A DNA stretch of 52,762 nt from an uncultured Candidatus Saccharibacteria bacterium (GCA_964573145.1 CAZNIM010000001.1:1-52762), one strand, 5' to 3'. Shown: positions 18,982 to 26,976, numbered from the stretch's first letter. Made by a program: numbers and translations. Notes: generated from the sequence alone by a model not told the origin.

Positions 18982-20192
18982 AGATTAACAATAACTTCCT
19001 TTAACGAACTCATTAGAGGGGATTCAAAATCCTCTTTTTTTATTTTTCCGGCAGCTCGAAGAGCGGAGAGAGGTTTTGTTTCTTCGGTTTGATATTTTTG
19101 AGGATAGTTATCTTCCAGAGCACCTTTTAAGACGAAAACTCCTTCTTTTTTTAACTCTTCTCTTTTTCTCGGATGATCCTTCTCTCCGAATCGTTTTTTC
19201 CAATAAGAATCAAGAGCATCGCCGTCAATCATTATCGAGTAGGGGATGTTGTAAACTTTGCATATTTTTTCATACAAATTAATGTCACCGACACCCCCCG
19301 AATAAACTACTTTTATATCCTTTTTTCCGGTGTAAAACTTATCAATCAGCCCACGCATCAAAATGCTGTCGGAAACACCCTCTACCAGAAGTGCTTTATC
19401 GGTAAAAAGCATAGCTGAATTATCATCGTTTATCTCTTGAACCAAGCGTTCGATGTCGAGCCCTCGTTTAAATTTGTATATGGTCGTGCTTCTATCTTCG
19501 TCTCTGGCCACTCTCCAAGTATTTTTTAAGAATTTAGCCTGAACCATGGTCGGATGATGAGTGGTCATCATTATTGTTCCTTCCAACTCTTCATTATGCA
19601 GAAGTTTTAAAAATTTTTTTATAACTGACGGATGAAGATGGATTTCCGGTTCGTCAATCAGAATTATCTCGAATTGTGGATTGTAAATATAAAAAAGGAT
19701 GACGAAAAGCCGTTTAAAGCCCTCACCCATTCTCCGCCAGGACTTGGCTTCTATTTTTGTTTCCGTGCTCGCCTTGAAGAGCTCCTCACTCATTTGAAGA
19801 TTGCCGAAATATCTTTCCATCGATTCGGTAAATTTATTGTATTTTTCGGAATCGGTTTTTTTGAACTTTTCCAGATCCTGGGAAACTTTTTCGGGAGATA
19901 CTTCGTGATTTATTCTGACAAAAGAGGAAGAAAAATCTTTTAACGGAGGATGAAAAGAGCCGTCTGAAAAAGAAAAACCATATTCTTTCTCTCCGTTTTT
20001 AATTGCTATTTCAACATCACCATCTTTTAACTGCTCTCTTTCAGGGTTGAAAAAGAGCTCTACGGCGTCCAATATATTCGTTTTACCGGCGTTATTCGGA
20101 CCGACCAAAATATTAAAGTCGAAAAAATTATTTATTTCGACCTTTTTAGTAATACTTTTATATTTATTTATTTTGAGTTGATTTATTTTCAT
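18978..20192 (-). CDS. OLD-family ATP-dependent endonuclease (ABC-type ATPase + Toprim), short form
   Basis: Walker A GPNNAGKTN, Walker B LIDEPEIHLHP, TTHHP. Toprim E (LLVEGVSDS) and DxD (MIDGDA). 404 aa. Confidence 0.8.
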   Translation of the reverse strand: MKINQLKINKYKSITKKVEINNFFDFNILVGPNNAGKTNILDAVELFFNPEREQLKDGDVEIAIKNGEKEYGFSFSDGSFHPPLKDFSSSFVRINHEVSPEKVSQDLEKFKKTDSEKYNKFTESMERYFGNLQMSEELFKASTETKIEAKSWRRMGEGFKRLFVILFYIYNPQFEIILIDEPEIHLHPSVIKKFLKLLHNEELEGTIMMTTHHPTMVQAKFLKNTWRVARDEDRSTTIYKFKRGLDIERLVQEINDDNSAMLFTDKALLVEGVSDSILMRGLIDKFYTGKKDIKVVYSGGVGDINLYEKICKVYNIPYSIMIDGDALDSYWKKRFGEKDHPRKREELKKEGVFVLKGALEDNYPQKYQTEETKPLSALRAAGKIKKEDFESPLMSSLKEVIVNL

Positions 20193-20212
20193 AACAATTT
20201 AATTATTTAATA

Positions 20213-20241
20213 AGTATACACCCCCGTCTTTTATTTGACAA
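20213..20241 (-). promoter_or_regulatory. sigma70-like promoter for the OLD gene (-35 TTGTCA, 17-nt spacer, -10 TATACT)
   Basis: Minus-strand hexamers at 20236-20241 and 20213-20218. The -35 overlaps that of the divergent promoter. Confidence 0.5.
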
Positions 20242-20263
20242 AAAAATGAATTAAATTTACAAT
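20235..20263 (+). promoter_or_regulatory. near-consensus sigma70 promoter (-35 TTGACA, 17-nt spacer, -10 TACAAT)
   Basis: Hexamers at 20235-20240 and 20258-20263. SD AAGGAGGG precedes the ATG at 20285. Confidence 0.65.
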
Positions 20264-20284
20264 ATATTCAAAGGAGGGATAGAG

Positions 20285-20767
20285 ATGAACCTTACAAAAG
20301 ATAAAGAAAAGAGCCTGGTGGATCTTGAAAGGTTTTATAGGAAGAGCGGAGAGGAAGTAAAGATAGATAACTTATCAACTTTTTCTGAAAACAAATTGGG
20401 ATCATTCATCAAAGGGGTTCCGGTTTTCATAACCGGTATTTCCGGATTAGTTTTCTCAATCAGGAAAGTTGACCAGGAAATCTATGATAAGGATAATAAA
20501 TATTTATACACGGCTGTTTTCTGTATTATCTCTGCTCATCCCAAGAGTGGAGAAGTTAAGGAGGTTTTGTACCGGCCGGAAAAGAGTAAAACGGCAAGAC
20601 TGCTGTCAATAAAGAGTTTTGAAGACAGAGACGAAATCAAGCTGATAGTCGTAGGTGCCGGCAATTATCACCTCCGTCTGTACCATAGCTCGGAAGCTAC
20701 CCCGAATTTATCGGTTCCGGAATATTTTAAGAAGAAGCGATTTTGTATAAATACGGATCGCTTATAG
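20285..20767 (+). CDS. hypothetical protein (160 aa, soluble, no recognised domain)
   Basis: ORF with a strong SD, its own promoter and its own terminator. Confidence 0.65.
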   Translation: MNLTKDKEKSLVDLERFYRKSGEEVKIDNLSTFSENKLGSFIKGVPVFITGISGLVFSIRKVDQEIYDKDNKYLYTAVFCIISAHPKSGEVKEVLYRPEKSKTARLLSIKSFEDRDEIKLIVVGAGNYHLRLYHSSEATPNLSVPEYFKKKRFCINTDRL

Positions 20768-20790
20768 CGCCTAAACGGGCGCTTTTTTTT
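20766..20790 (+). terminator. rho-independent terminator
   Basis: AGCGCC-TAAACG-GGCGCT followed by TTTTTTTT. Confidence 0.8.
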
Positions 20791-20901
20791 AATTTGATTA
20801 TTTCTTACAATTTATGTTATTATTAAGAAGACATTCTTTAGAGAGTGTTTAAAATTAACAATCTGCAAAAAAGAAAGGTCGGATAAATTAAGAGGAATTT
20901 C

Positions 20902-21180
20902 ATGGATAAAAAAACAATCTTAATAGTTATCGCAATCGTTGCGGTGCTGGTAATTATTCTCGCTGTCGCTATGACTGATACGCCGGAAGATATTGATCCC
21001 GAATTCGAAGACGAAATTGATAACATGATCGACTTCGAGGACGAGTTTGATGAAGACTTCGATGACGAATTCGAAGTTGATGAGGATGTTGAAGACGAAT
21101 TCGAAGTTGATGAGGACCTTGAAGAAGACTTCGATGACGAGATTGAGGAAGAAGAGGAAGAAGAGGAAGAAGAGGAATAA
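20902..21180 (+). CDS. N-terminally anchored poly-acidic protein
   Basis: One TM segment (ILIVIAIVAVLVIILAVAM), then a 68-residue tail with 47 D/E and no K/R/H. The tail ends in 11 consecutive Glu. Confidence 0.7.
   Translation: MDKKTILIVIAIVAVLVIILAVAMTDTPEDIDPEFEDEIDNMIDFEDEFDEDFDDEFEVDEDVEDEFEVDEDLEEDFDDEIEEEEEEEEEEE
21064..21116 (+). repeat. 30-nt-period tandem repeat inside the acidic ORF
   Basis: GACGAATTCGAAGTTGATGAGGA occurs at 21064-21086 and 21094-21116 and encodes DEFEVDED twice. Confidence 0.85.
21145..21177 (+). repeat. 9-nt microsatellite (GAGGAAGAA) x about 3.7, encoding poly-Glu
   Basis: Read directly at the 3' end of the acidic ORF. Confidence 0.85.
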
Positions 21181-21205
21181 TTATTCCGACTCTAATCTAA
21201 TTTCC

Positions 21206-21233
21206 AAAACCCCCGGGAGAGGGGGTTTTGTTG
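21206..21233 (+). terminator. rho-independent terminator
   Basis: AAAACCCCC-GGGAGA-GGGGGTTTTGTTG. Confidence 0.75.
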
Positions 21234-21309
21234 TAAAATAAGATAAATCGTGTTACAATATTTTTTAGAAAAAGGATTAAAAAAGGTCGAAAAAATAAGT
21301 TAAAAAATT

Positions 21310-22080
21310 ATGAAAAAAGTATTAATTGGAATTTTGGTCGTAGCATTGGTTTTGCTTGTAGGTTACTTCTTACAAGACTCCGAGCTTCATGTGGAGGTTT
21401 CGGAAGAAGAGGCGGTGGAGATTGCCGAAGATTGGATTGCGGATAATGCGGGTACTTACGTTTACAGAGGAGGAGATGAGCTCGTTTTGGAAGGCTCTTC
21501 GATGATAGAAGACAACGTTTACGAACTTTTTTTCTATTTCGAATCTGCTGAAGCCGGTTATGGCGAGAAAGCAGATGACGAATTTCCGGCACAAGTTATT
21601 ACCCCACACACGATCAGAGTAGTGGTTGAAAATGGTGAAGTGGTTGAAGCGATCACCGATGATACGTTTGACGAGATTGAAGGCACTCATCTTGACGATG
21701 AGAATGATGAAGATCTCGAGGAAACGGCGACGGTTGAGCTCTATTATGTGCAAGTTGTAGACGGAGTTGAAGGAGTTGCTGCGATCGATAAAGAGATAGA
21801 TTTGGTTAACGGAGTAGAAGAGTCGGCGATTTTAGCACTTCTTGAAGGAGTGGAAGATGAAGATTACAGTAGTGCGATTCCCGACGGAGTCGAATTACTT
21901 TCCTTTGATTTAATGGAAGGTGTCGCTACGGTTGATTTTAGCAGTGAAATCGACCCCGGTGGCGGATCGGCTTGGATAATAAATATTCAAGATCAAATCA
22001 CCAAAACTCTCCTTCAGTTTGATTCAGTTGAAGAGGTAGTGATTTTAGTGGAAGGAGAAGAAGACGCCCTTCAACCGTAA
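21310..22080 (+). CDS. membrane-anchored acidic protein with C-terminal GerMN domain
   Basis: N-terminal TM. C-terminal half (VELYYVQV..., LLEG, VATVDFSSEI, QITKTLLQFDSVEEVVILVEGE...LQP) fits the GerMN pattern. Confidence 0.7.
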   Translation: MKKVLIGILVVALVLLVGYFLQDSELHVEVSEEEAVEIAEDWIADNAGTYVYRGGDELVLEGSSMIEDNVYELFFYFESAEAGYGEKADDEFPAQVITPHTIRVVVENGEVVEAITDDTFDEIEGTHLDDENDEDLEETATVELYYVQVVDGVEGVAAIDKEIDLVNGVEESAILALLEGVEDEDYSSAIPDGVELLSFDLMEGVATVDFSSEIDPGGGSAWIINIQDQITKTLLQFDSVEEVVILVEGEEDALQP

Positions 22081-22102
22081 TCGACTGTTGAAATTATTAA
22101 AA

Positions 22103-22137
22103 AGAGAGGAGCCCCGGGTGGGTTGCCTCTCTTTTTT
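22103..22137 (+). terminator. rho-independent terminator
   Basis: GAGAGG...CCTCTC stem with a GC-rich interior, followed by TTTTTTT. Confidence 0.65.
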
Positions 22138-22182
22138 TATAATGGTAAAATTTTAATGGATTATTAATCAAAACTTTAAAAA

Positions 22183-22920
22183 ATGAATTTTAAAAAACTT
22201 TCTCCACTTTTAACGGTTTTTTTGGTTTTAATTATCGTTCTTACTGCCGTGATTATTAAAAATCAACTGCTTGTCGGTAGTCATTTGGGTCTGGACGGAG
22301 CGAGAACCATAAGAGTTTCCGGTGAAGAGACGATAACCGAAAGGCCGGATGAGGCCGAGATTCGTTTCGGAGTAATCGGAACGGGAGAAGACTATACGGC
22401 GGCAACTGAAGAAAACAGTTTACAAATGGAAGCGGTTATAGAGTACTTGAAAACGGAAGGAATAGAAGAGGAAAAGATGAGAACCGTTAATTTCAGAGTG
22501 TCACCGGTTTACGACCAAACGGAAAGAACCAGAGGGGAGATTGTCGGTTATGAGGTAAGAAATGATCTCCAGGTCAAATTTGAATATTTGGACAGGGTCG
22601 ATGAGATTATTGCCGGAGCGATTAATTCGGGAGCCAACAATGTCTCCGGATTACTTTTTTCGGTCAGCAATGAAGAAGATTTAAAAGCTGAAGCAAGAGA
22701 GGTAGCGATCGAAAAAGCAAAAGAAGAGGCGAAAATTATTGCTGACTCTTTGGGAGTTCGCTTGGGAAGAATAATTGATTTTTCTGAGTCGAGACAATTT
22801 CAACCTTTTAGAGCCGATGATCGGATAATGATGGAAGAAGCGGAAGCGGGAAGAGTTCCGATTGAATTGGGAGAAAATGAAATCATCAGTTCGGTGACGA
22901 TTACATTTGAAATCAAGTAA
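22183..22920 (+). CDS. SIMPL/DUF541 domain protein (periplasmic immunogenic protein-like)
   Basis: N-terminal TM. Also IRVSGEE...AEIRFGV, GYEVRNDLQVKF, and the EAREVAIEKAKEEAKIIADSLGVRLGRI helix typical of SIMPL. Confidence 0.75.
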   Translation: MNFKKLSPLLTVFLVLIIVLTAVIIKNQLLVGSHLGLDGARTIRVSGEETITERPDEAEIRFGVIGTGEDYTAATEENSLQMEAVIEYLKTEGIEEEKMRTVNFRVSPVYDQTERTRGEIVGYEVRNDLQVKFEYLDRVDEIIAGAINSGANNVSGLLFSVSNEEDLKAEAREVAIEKAKEEAKIIADSLGVRLGRIIDFSESRQFQPFRADDRIMMEEAEAGRVPIELGENEIISSVTITFEIK

Positions 22921-23876
22921 TGCTCTATAAGGAGGTAAAAGAAAAAGAATTAAAGGGAAGAAGCGGAAGTAGGTTTCCGGTAGCTTTAAAGTGGGAAAAT
23001 TTTTCCGGAGGTCCGGAAGAGAGATATATGATCTGCAATGCCGCCGAAGGAGAGCCTTTCGTGTCCAAGGATAAGCATGTCTTGCTTACGGAACCGGAGA
23101 GGGTTGTTGATGGAATTAAGGCAGTGATAAAGGAATTTTCAATTTATCATACCTTTTTTTACATCAGGAAAGACTACTTTAAGATTTTCGGTGATACCTT
23201 GCAAGAGCTTTTTGATGACTGGAAAATCTCTTTTCAGCTTAAAGAGGACAGATATGTTGCCGGAGAAGAGACTTCAGCGATAAGTTCAGTCGAGGGAAAA
23301 AGAGCCGAGCCGACTGAAAAACCTCCTTTTCCGACCGAAGCGGGTATAAACGGTTTCCCGACACTGGTTCACAACGTTGAAACATTTTATGCCATATCGG
23401 AAATAAAAGACGGAACCTATGATCATCGCAGATTTTATTCAATAGCGGGAGAAGTTGAAAATGAAGGTGTTTTTAAGTTAAAAAATAATTTGTCAATAAC
23501 GGAAATTTTAAAAGAGACCGGTAATTATCCGGATTTTCCGTTCTTGGTTCAGGCCGGAGGAGGAGCCGGAGGAGTCTTCCTTTCCGGGAGACAATTGAAT
23601 GTTCCTTGGGACGGGTTGGGAGCGGTTAGAGTGATCAAAATGAGTAGCTTCGAAAAAGAGAAGGAGTTAAAAAGAATCACTCAATTTTTAATGCACGGGA
23701 ATTGTGATAAATGTACTCCTTGCAGAGAAGGGATATACAGAATAAATGAAATGGTTGAAAAAGAGAAGCTCGACGACGCTCTTTTCGGAGAGATAATTTT
23801 AGCCCTTGAAAAGAGTTCTTATTGTCCGCTCGGCAGCACGGCGGCCAAAGTCTTTAAATCGATAAGAGATTTATGA
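22920..23876 (+). CDS. NuoF-like NAD(P)H-binding flavoprotein subunit (HydB-like, minimal core)
   Basis: GRSGSRFPVALKW, CNAAEGEPF, AGEETSAISSVEG and the 4Fe-4S motif CDKCTPCREG...CPLGSTA. 318 aa. Confidence 0.8.
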   Translation: MLYKEVKEKELKGRSGSRFPVALKWENFSGGPEERYMICNAAEGEPFVSKDKHVLLTEPERVVDGIKAVIKEFSIYHTFFYIRKDYFKIFGDTLQELFDDWKISFQLKEDRYVAGEETSAISSVEGKRAEPTEKPPFPTEAGINGFPTLVHNVETFYAISEIKDGTYDHRRFYSIAGEVENEGVFKLKNNLSITEILKETGNYPDFPFLVQAGGGAGGVFLSGRQLNVPWDGLGAVRVIKMSSFEKEKELKRITQFLMHGNCDKCTPCREGIYRINEMVEKEKLDDALFGEIILALEKSSYCPLGSTAAKVFKSIRDL

Positions 23877-25516
23877 ATATAAGAATAAACGGCAGCTCTT
23901 ACAATTTTGAAAACGGAGAAACCGTTTTGGAAGTGGCTAAAAGAGAAGGGATTAAGATTCCCTTTCTTTGCAATCATCCTTATCTTTGTGTTACCGGCAG
24001 CTGTCGACTGTGTATCGTTAAGGACAAAAATTGTGATGAGTATTTTTCAGCCTGCTCAAGACAAGCAGAGGAGGGGATGGATATCGTTACCGGTGATAGA
24101 AAAATAGAGCAAATCAGAAGAATTAACCTGGAACTTCTCTTCTCTCAACATAAGGAAGAGTGTCATGACTGCGTTTGGAATCCGGGATGTAAGCTTCTTT
24201 CTTTGGCCAGGGAATACGGAGTGACAATTAATCGATTTACGGATAGAAAAGACGACTATCCGGAGCTTTCTTTTGGAGGAATTATCGATTTTGACTCTTC
24301 AAAATGTATTGATTGTCGAAATTGCATTGAAGTTTGTGAGAGACAAAATGTCTCTTTCCTGGAGATGAAGGGAAGAGGACATCTTTTTGAAGTGGAGCCG
24401 GCTAAAGATCGAGCTTGTGTTTACTGCGGGCAGTGCATATTGAGATGTCCCGCCGGGTCCTTTGAGGGAGTCGGTGAATTTGAAAAGGTTTCCGATCCGA
24501 TAGATAAAAATGGAGATAAGGAGATAATTTTTCAGATAGCACCGGCAGCGCGGATCAGTATCAGTGAAGAGTTCGGGCTCGAACCGGGGACCGATTCGAC
24601 CGGAAAATTGGTTTCGGCACTTAAAGAGGCGGGAGCGGATAAGGTTTTTGATGTCTCGGTCGGAGCTGATTTTACGACTCATGAAGAGGCCGAAGAGCTG
24701 ATAGAGAGAATCGAATCGGGAGAGAATTTACCGATGCTTACTTCTTGTTGTCCGGCCTGGGTTCGATTCATTGAATTTTATTATCCACAGTTCGTAGACA
24801 ACCTCACTACCGTTAGATCACCGCATATCATATTGGGGTCGCTTATTAAACAAGAGCTCAAAGGAAGAAGAGAAAAGGTTGTTGTTTCGGTTATGCCGTG
24901 CGTAGCCAAAAAATATGAAATAATGCGGGAGGAGCTGAAAGTGGGATCGACGAGGCCGGTTGACTATGTGTTGACGGTAAGAGAAGTCGGTAGATTGCTT
25001 AGAGATAAAGGAGTTGATTTTAAAAATTTACCGGATTCCGACTTTGACAATCCCTTCGGAGAAGCAACCGGAGACGGGGTGGGCTACGGAGCGAGCGGGG
25101 GAGTAATTCAAGCGGCAATCAGAGAAGCTCACTTTATCTTGACCGGAGAAAGATCAACCGAAGAGATTAGAGATAATGAAGACTTTATTTTAAAGATCGG
25201 TGATCGTAAGATTAAAACAAAAAGAGCCAGCGGTCTTTCGGAGGCGGTTTCTTTACTTGAAGATGTTGATTATGACTATTTGGAGTTTATGGCTTGTCCC
25301 GGGGGATGTATCGGAGGAGGAGGCCAACCGGTGCCGACAACTCCCGAAATAAGAGATAAACGAAGAGAGGGTCTCTTCAGATCCGGAAAAAAGAAGAAAA
25401 AAAGATCTTCATTTGACAGCGATATAGTTTCCAAACTAAAAAATAAAACGGAAAAGGATATTCTTAGGACCGAATTCAAGAAAAGAAAGAATCCGGAAAG
25501 AATTGACAGGCTATAG
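23873..25516 (+). CDS. hydA: [FeFe]-hydrogenase catalytic subunit HydA (M3-type architecture)
   Basis: H-cluster motifs TSCCPAW, MPCVAKKYE and FMACPGGCIGGGGQP. N-terminal 2Fe-2S domain, HxxxCxxCxxxxxC, and two CxxCxxCxxxC ferredoxin motifs. Confidence 0.92.
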   Translation: MNIRINGSSYNFENGETVLEVAKREGIKIPFLCNHPYLCVTGSCRLCIVKDKNCDEYFSACSRQAEEGMDIVTGDRKIEQIRRINLELLFSQHKEECHDCVWNPGCKLLSLAREYGVTINRFTDRKDDYPELSFGGIIDFDSSKCIDCRNCIEVCERQNVSFLEMKGRGHLFEVEPAKDRACVYCGQCILRCPAGSFEGVGEFEKVSDPIDKNGDKEIIFQIAPAARISISEEFGLEPGTDSTGKLVSALKEAGADKVFDVSVGADFTTHEEAEELIERIESGENLPMLTSCCPAWVRFIEFYYPQFVDNLTTVRSPHIILGSLIKQELKGRREKVVVSVMPCVAKKYEIMREELKVGSTRPVDYVLTVREVGRLLRDKGVDFKNLPDSDFDNPFGEATGDGVGYGASGGVIQAAIREAHFILTGERSTEEIRDNEDFILKIGDRKIKTKRASGLSEAVSLLEDVDYDYLEFMACPGGCIGGGGQPVPTTPEIRDKRREGLFRSGKKKKKRSSFDSDIVSKLKNKTEKDILRTEFKKRKNPERIDRL

Positions 25517-25549
25517 CTCCTGTGATTAAATTAAAAAAAGCTATAATTT

Positions 25550-25909
25550 ATGAAACAAGAAGCGAGAATTTTTGAAGAGTTTTTTTTCAACGAGCTTTAT
25601 CAAGCAACCGAGCGGGCTTTGGAAAAATTAGCCGAAGAGAAAGGATGGAAGGTGGAAAACTATAACGAAGGAAAGACCCGTTCGTGGGTCGTCCAGGCGG
25701 TGCCCGAATTTTCAATTTTTAAATTTCATCTTTTGCCGAACGGAGCTTATAAAAAACTGAAAGTAAGAGTTTCCGGTCAAGAGGTGATAGCCGAATGTAG
25801 GGATAATTGGCCACGTCTTACTTTTGACTTTCTAAATCAAAAAGGGAAGATAATAACCGTTTTTTTCAATCAATTAGAAGAAGTTATAAGAGAAGATTTC
25901 GGTCAATAA
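25550..25909 (+). CDS. hypothetical protein (119 aa)
   Basis: ORF only. No recognised motif. Confidence 0.5.
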   Translation: MKQEARIFEEFFFNELYQATERALEKLAEEKGWKVENYNEGKTRSWVVQAVPEFSIFKFHLLPNGAYKKLKVRVSGQEVIAECRDNWPRLTFDFLNQKGKIITVFFNQLEEVIREDFGQ

Positions 25910-25970
25910 AAAGAAAATTTAATTTATTATTTGAGAGGGTTGACCTCTTTTTTTATTTGGAGACGCCATT

Positions 25971-25979
25971 TGCTATAAT
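25971..25979 (+). promoter_or_regulatory. extended -10 element TGCTATAAT
   Basis: Ends 5 nt before the ATG at 25985 (second ATG at 25991), compatible with a leaderless transcript. Confidence 0.45.
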
Positions 25980-25984
25980 AAAGT

Positions 25985-26311
25985 ATGGTAATGAGATTTA
26001 AAGAGATATTGAAAATTATCGGTGAGGCGGGTAAAAAGAGAGAAACGGTCAAGATATTTTATCCGGAAACGGAAAATAGAAAAGAGGGCTGGCGAGAAGT
26101 TGAGCCGTACAGCTTGACCACCGATATTCCCCCCGATGGAGAATTTTTAGTTTACGAAAAAGATCATATAAGACCGGGACATATTTTAAATGCTTATAAT
26201 ATGGGTTCCGGAGATAAAGATTGCCACTCTTTTATTTTGGGAAAGATAAAAAAAGCCGAAAAAACCGGAAGAAGTTTTAACTCCAGAAAAAGATGGACGG
26301 TGAGATTTTAG
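25985..26311 (+). CDS. small WYL-like domain protein
   Basis: VKIFYPE...WREVEPYSL...ILNAYNMGSGDKDCHSFILGKIKKAE follows the WYL consensus (Y...R.v.PY.l ... wyl.ay ... F.l.rI). No HMM confirmation. Confidence 0.45.
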   Translation: MVMRFKEILKIIGEAGKKRETVKIFYPETENRKEGWREVEPYSLTTDIPPDGEFLVYEKDHIRPGHILNAYNMGSGDKDCHSFILGKIKKAEKTGRSFNSRKRWTVRF

Positions 26312-26976
26312 AAAAGCCTCATTTCGAGGGTGATGAAGAAGAAAAAGAGGAAAGCTTAATTAAGCGATTGGGCAAGTTTCTGATTGCTCTTTTTTTAATC
26401 TTCTTAATGATATATTTTTCCGGACCACGGGATTTCTTATTTTTTAGAAGAACTCCCGAAGAAGTGACCGTTCGGAAGATGGATCCGATTGTCGATATGG
26501 AAGAAGTTTTTATTCCGGTGCGAGTATTGGCTTTGAGAGAAGAAGTTTTTGGAACTTCCCGCAATGATGAGGAGATTGAAAGCTTGATTGAAAACAGCTT
26601 TAACATTATGGCTCAGGCTGAAATTTATCCCGGAGGGGTAAGGATTGAAGAGAGAGAGTTAAGTAGAGAAGAGATCGGAAGAGTGCTGGAGGGAGACTTT
26701 AATTTTTTAAATCCCAAACGGGGAGAGATAAATATTATTTTAGTTAAGAGTTTAGGAGGGTTAAACGGGATAGCTTTTCCGGGAAGGTCGACAACGATAA
26801 TACCCGATTACACCGCCGGTCGTGACTATCGAACGTTAGCTCATGAAATCGGACATCTTTTCGGTTTGGGTCATCAAGAAAGGGGCGACATGGTAATGAG
26901 CCAGGGATCTTACGGAGTTCATTTTTCAGTAGAAGAGGTTTTAAAGATGAGAAAAAATATTGATGAAAAATTTTAA
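26293..26976 (+). CDS. membrane-anchored metzincin-like zinc metalloprotease
   Basis: One TM segment (FLIALFLIFLMIYF) and the extended zinc motif HEIGHLFGLGH (HExxHxxGxxH), followed by Met residues (possible Met-turn). Confidence 0.7.
   Translation: MDGEILEKPHFEGDEEEKEESLIKRLGKFLIALFLIFLMIYFSGPRDFLFFRRTPEEVTVRKMDPIVDMEEVFIPVRVLALREEVFGTSRNDEEIESLIENSFNIMAQAEIYPGGVRIEERELSREEIGRVLEGDFNFLNPKRGEINIILVKSLGGLNGIAFPGRSTTIIPDYTAGRDYRTLAHEIGHLFGLGHQERGDMVMSQGSYGVHFSVEEVLKMRKNIDEKF

Noticed and set aside
21064-21177. Short tandem repeats that might suggest a CRISPR-like or minisatellite locus
   Set aside because: The repeats are in frame within the acidic ORF and encode DEFEVDED and poly-Glu. There is no repeat-spacer organisation.
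25503-25548. TTGACA at 25503-25508 and TATAAT at 25543-25548, upstream of the 119-aa ORF, as a promoter pair
   Set aside because: The hexamers are 34 nt apart, and the TATAAT ends 1 nt before the ATG at 25550, so they cannot form one functional promoter for that start codon.
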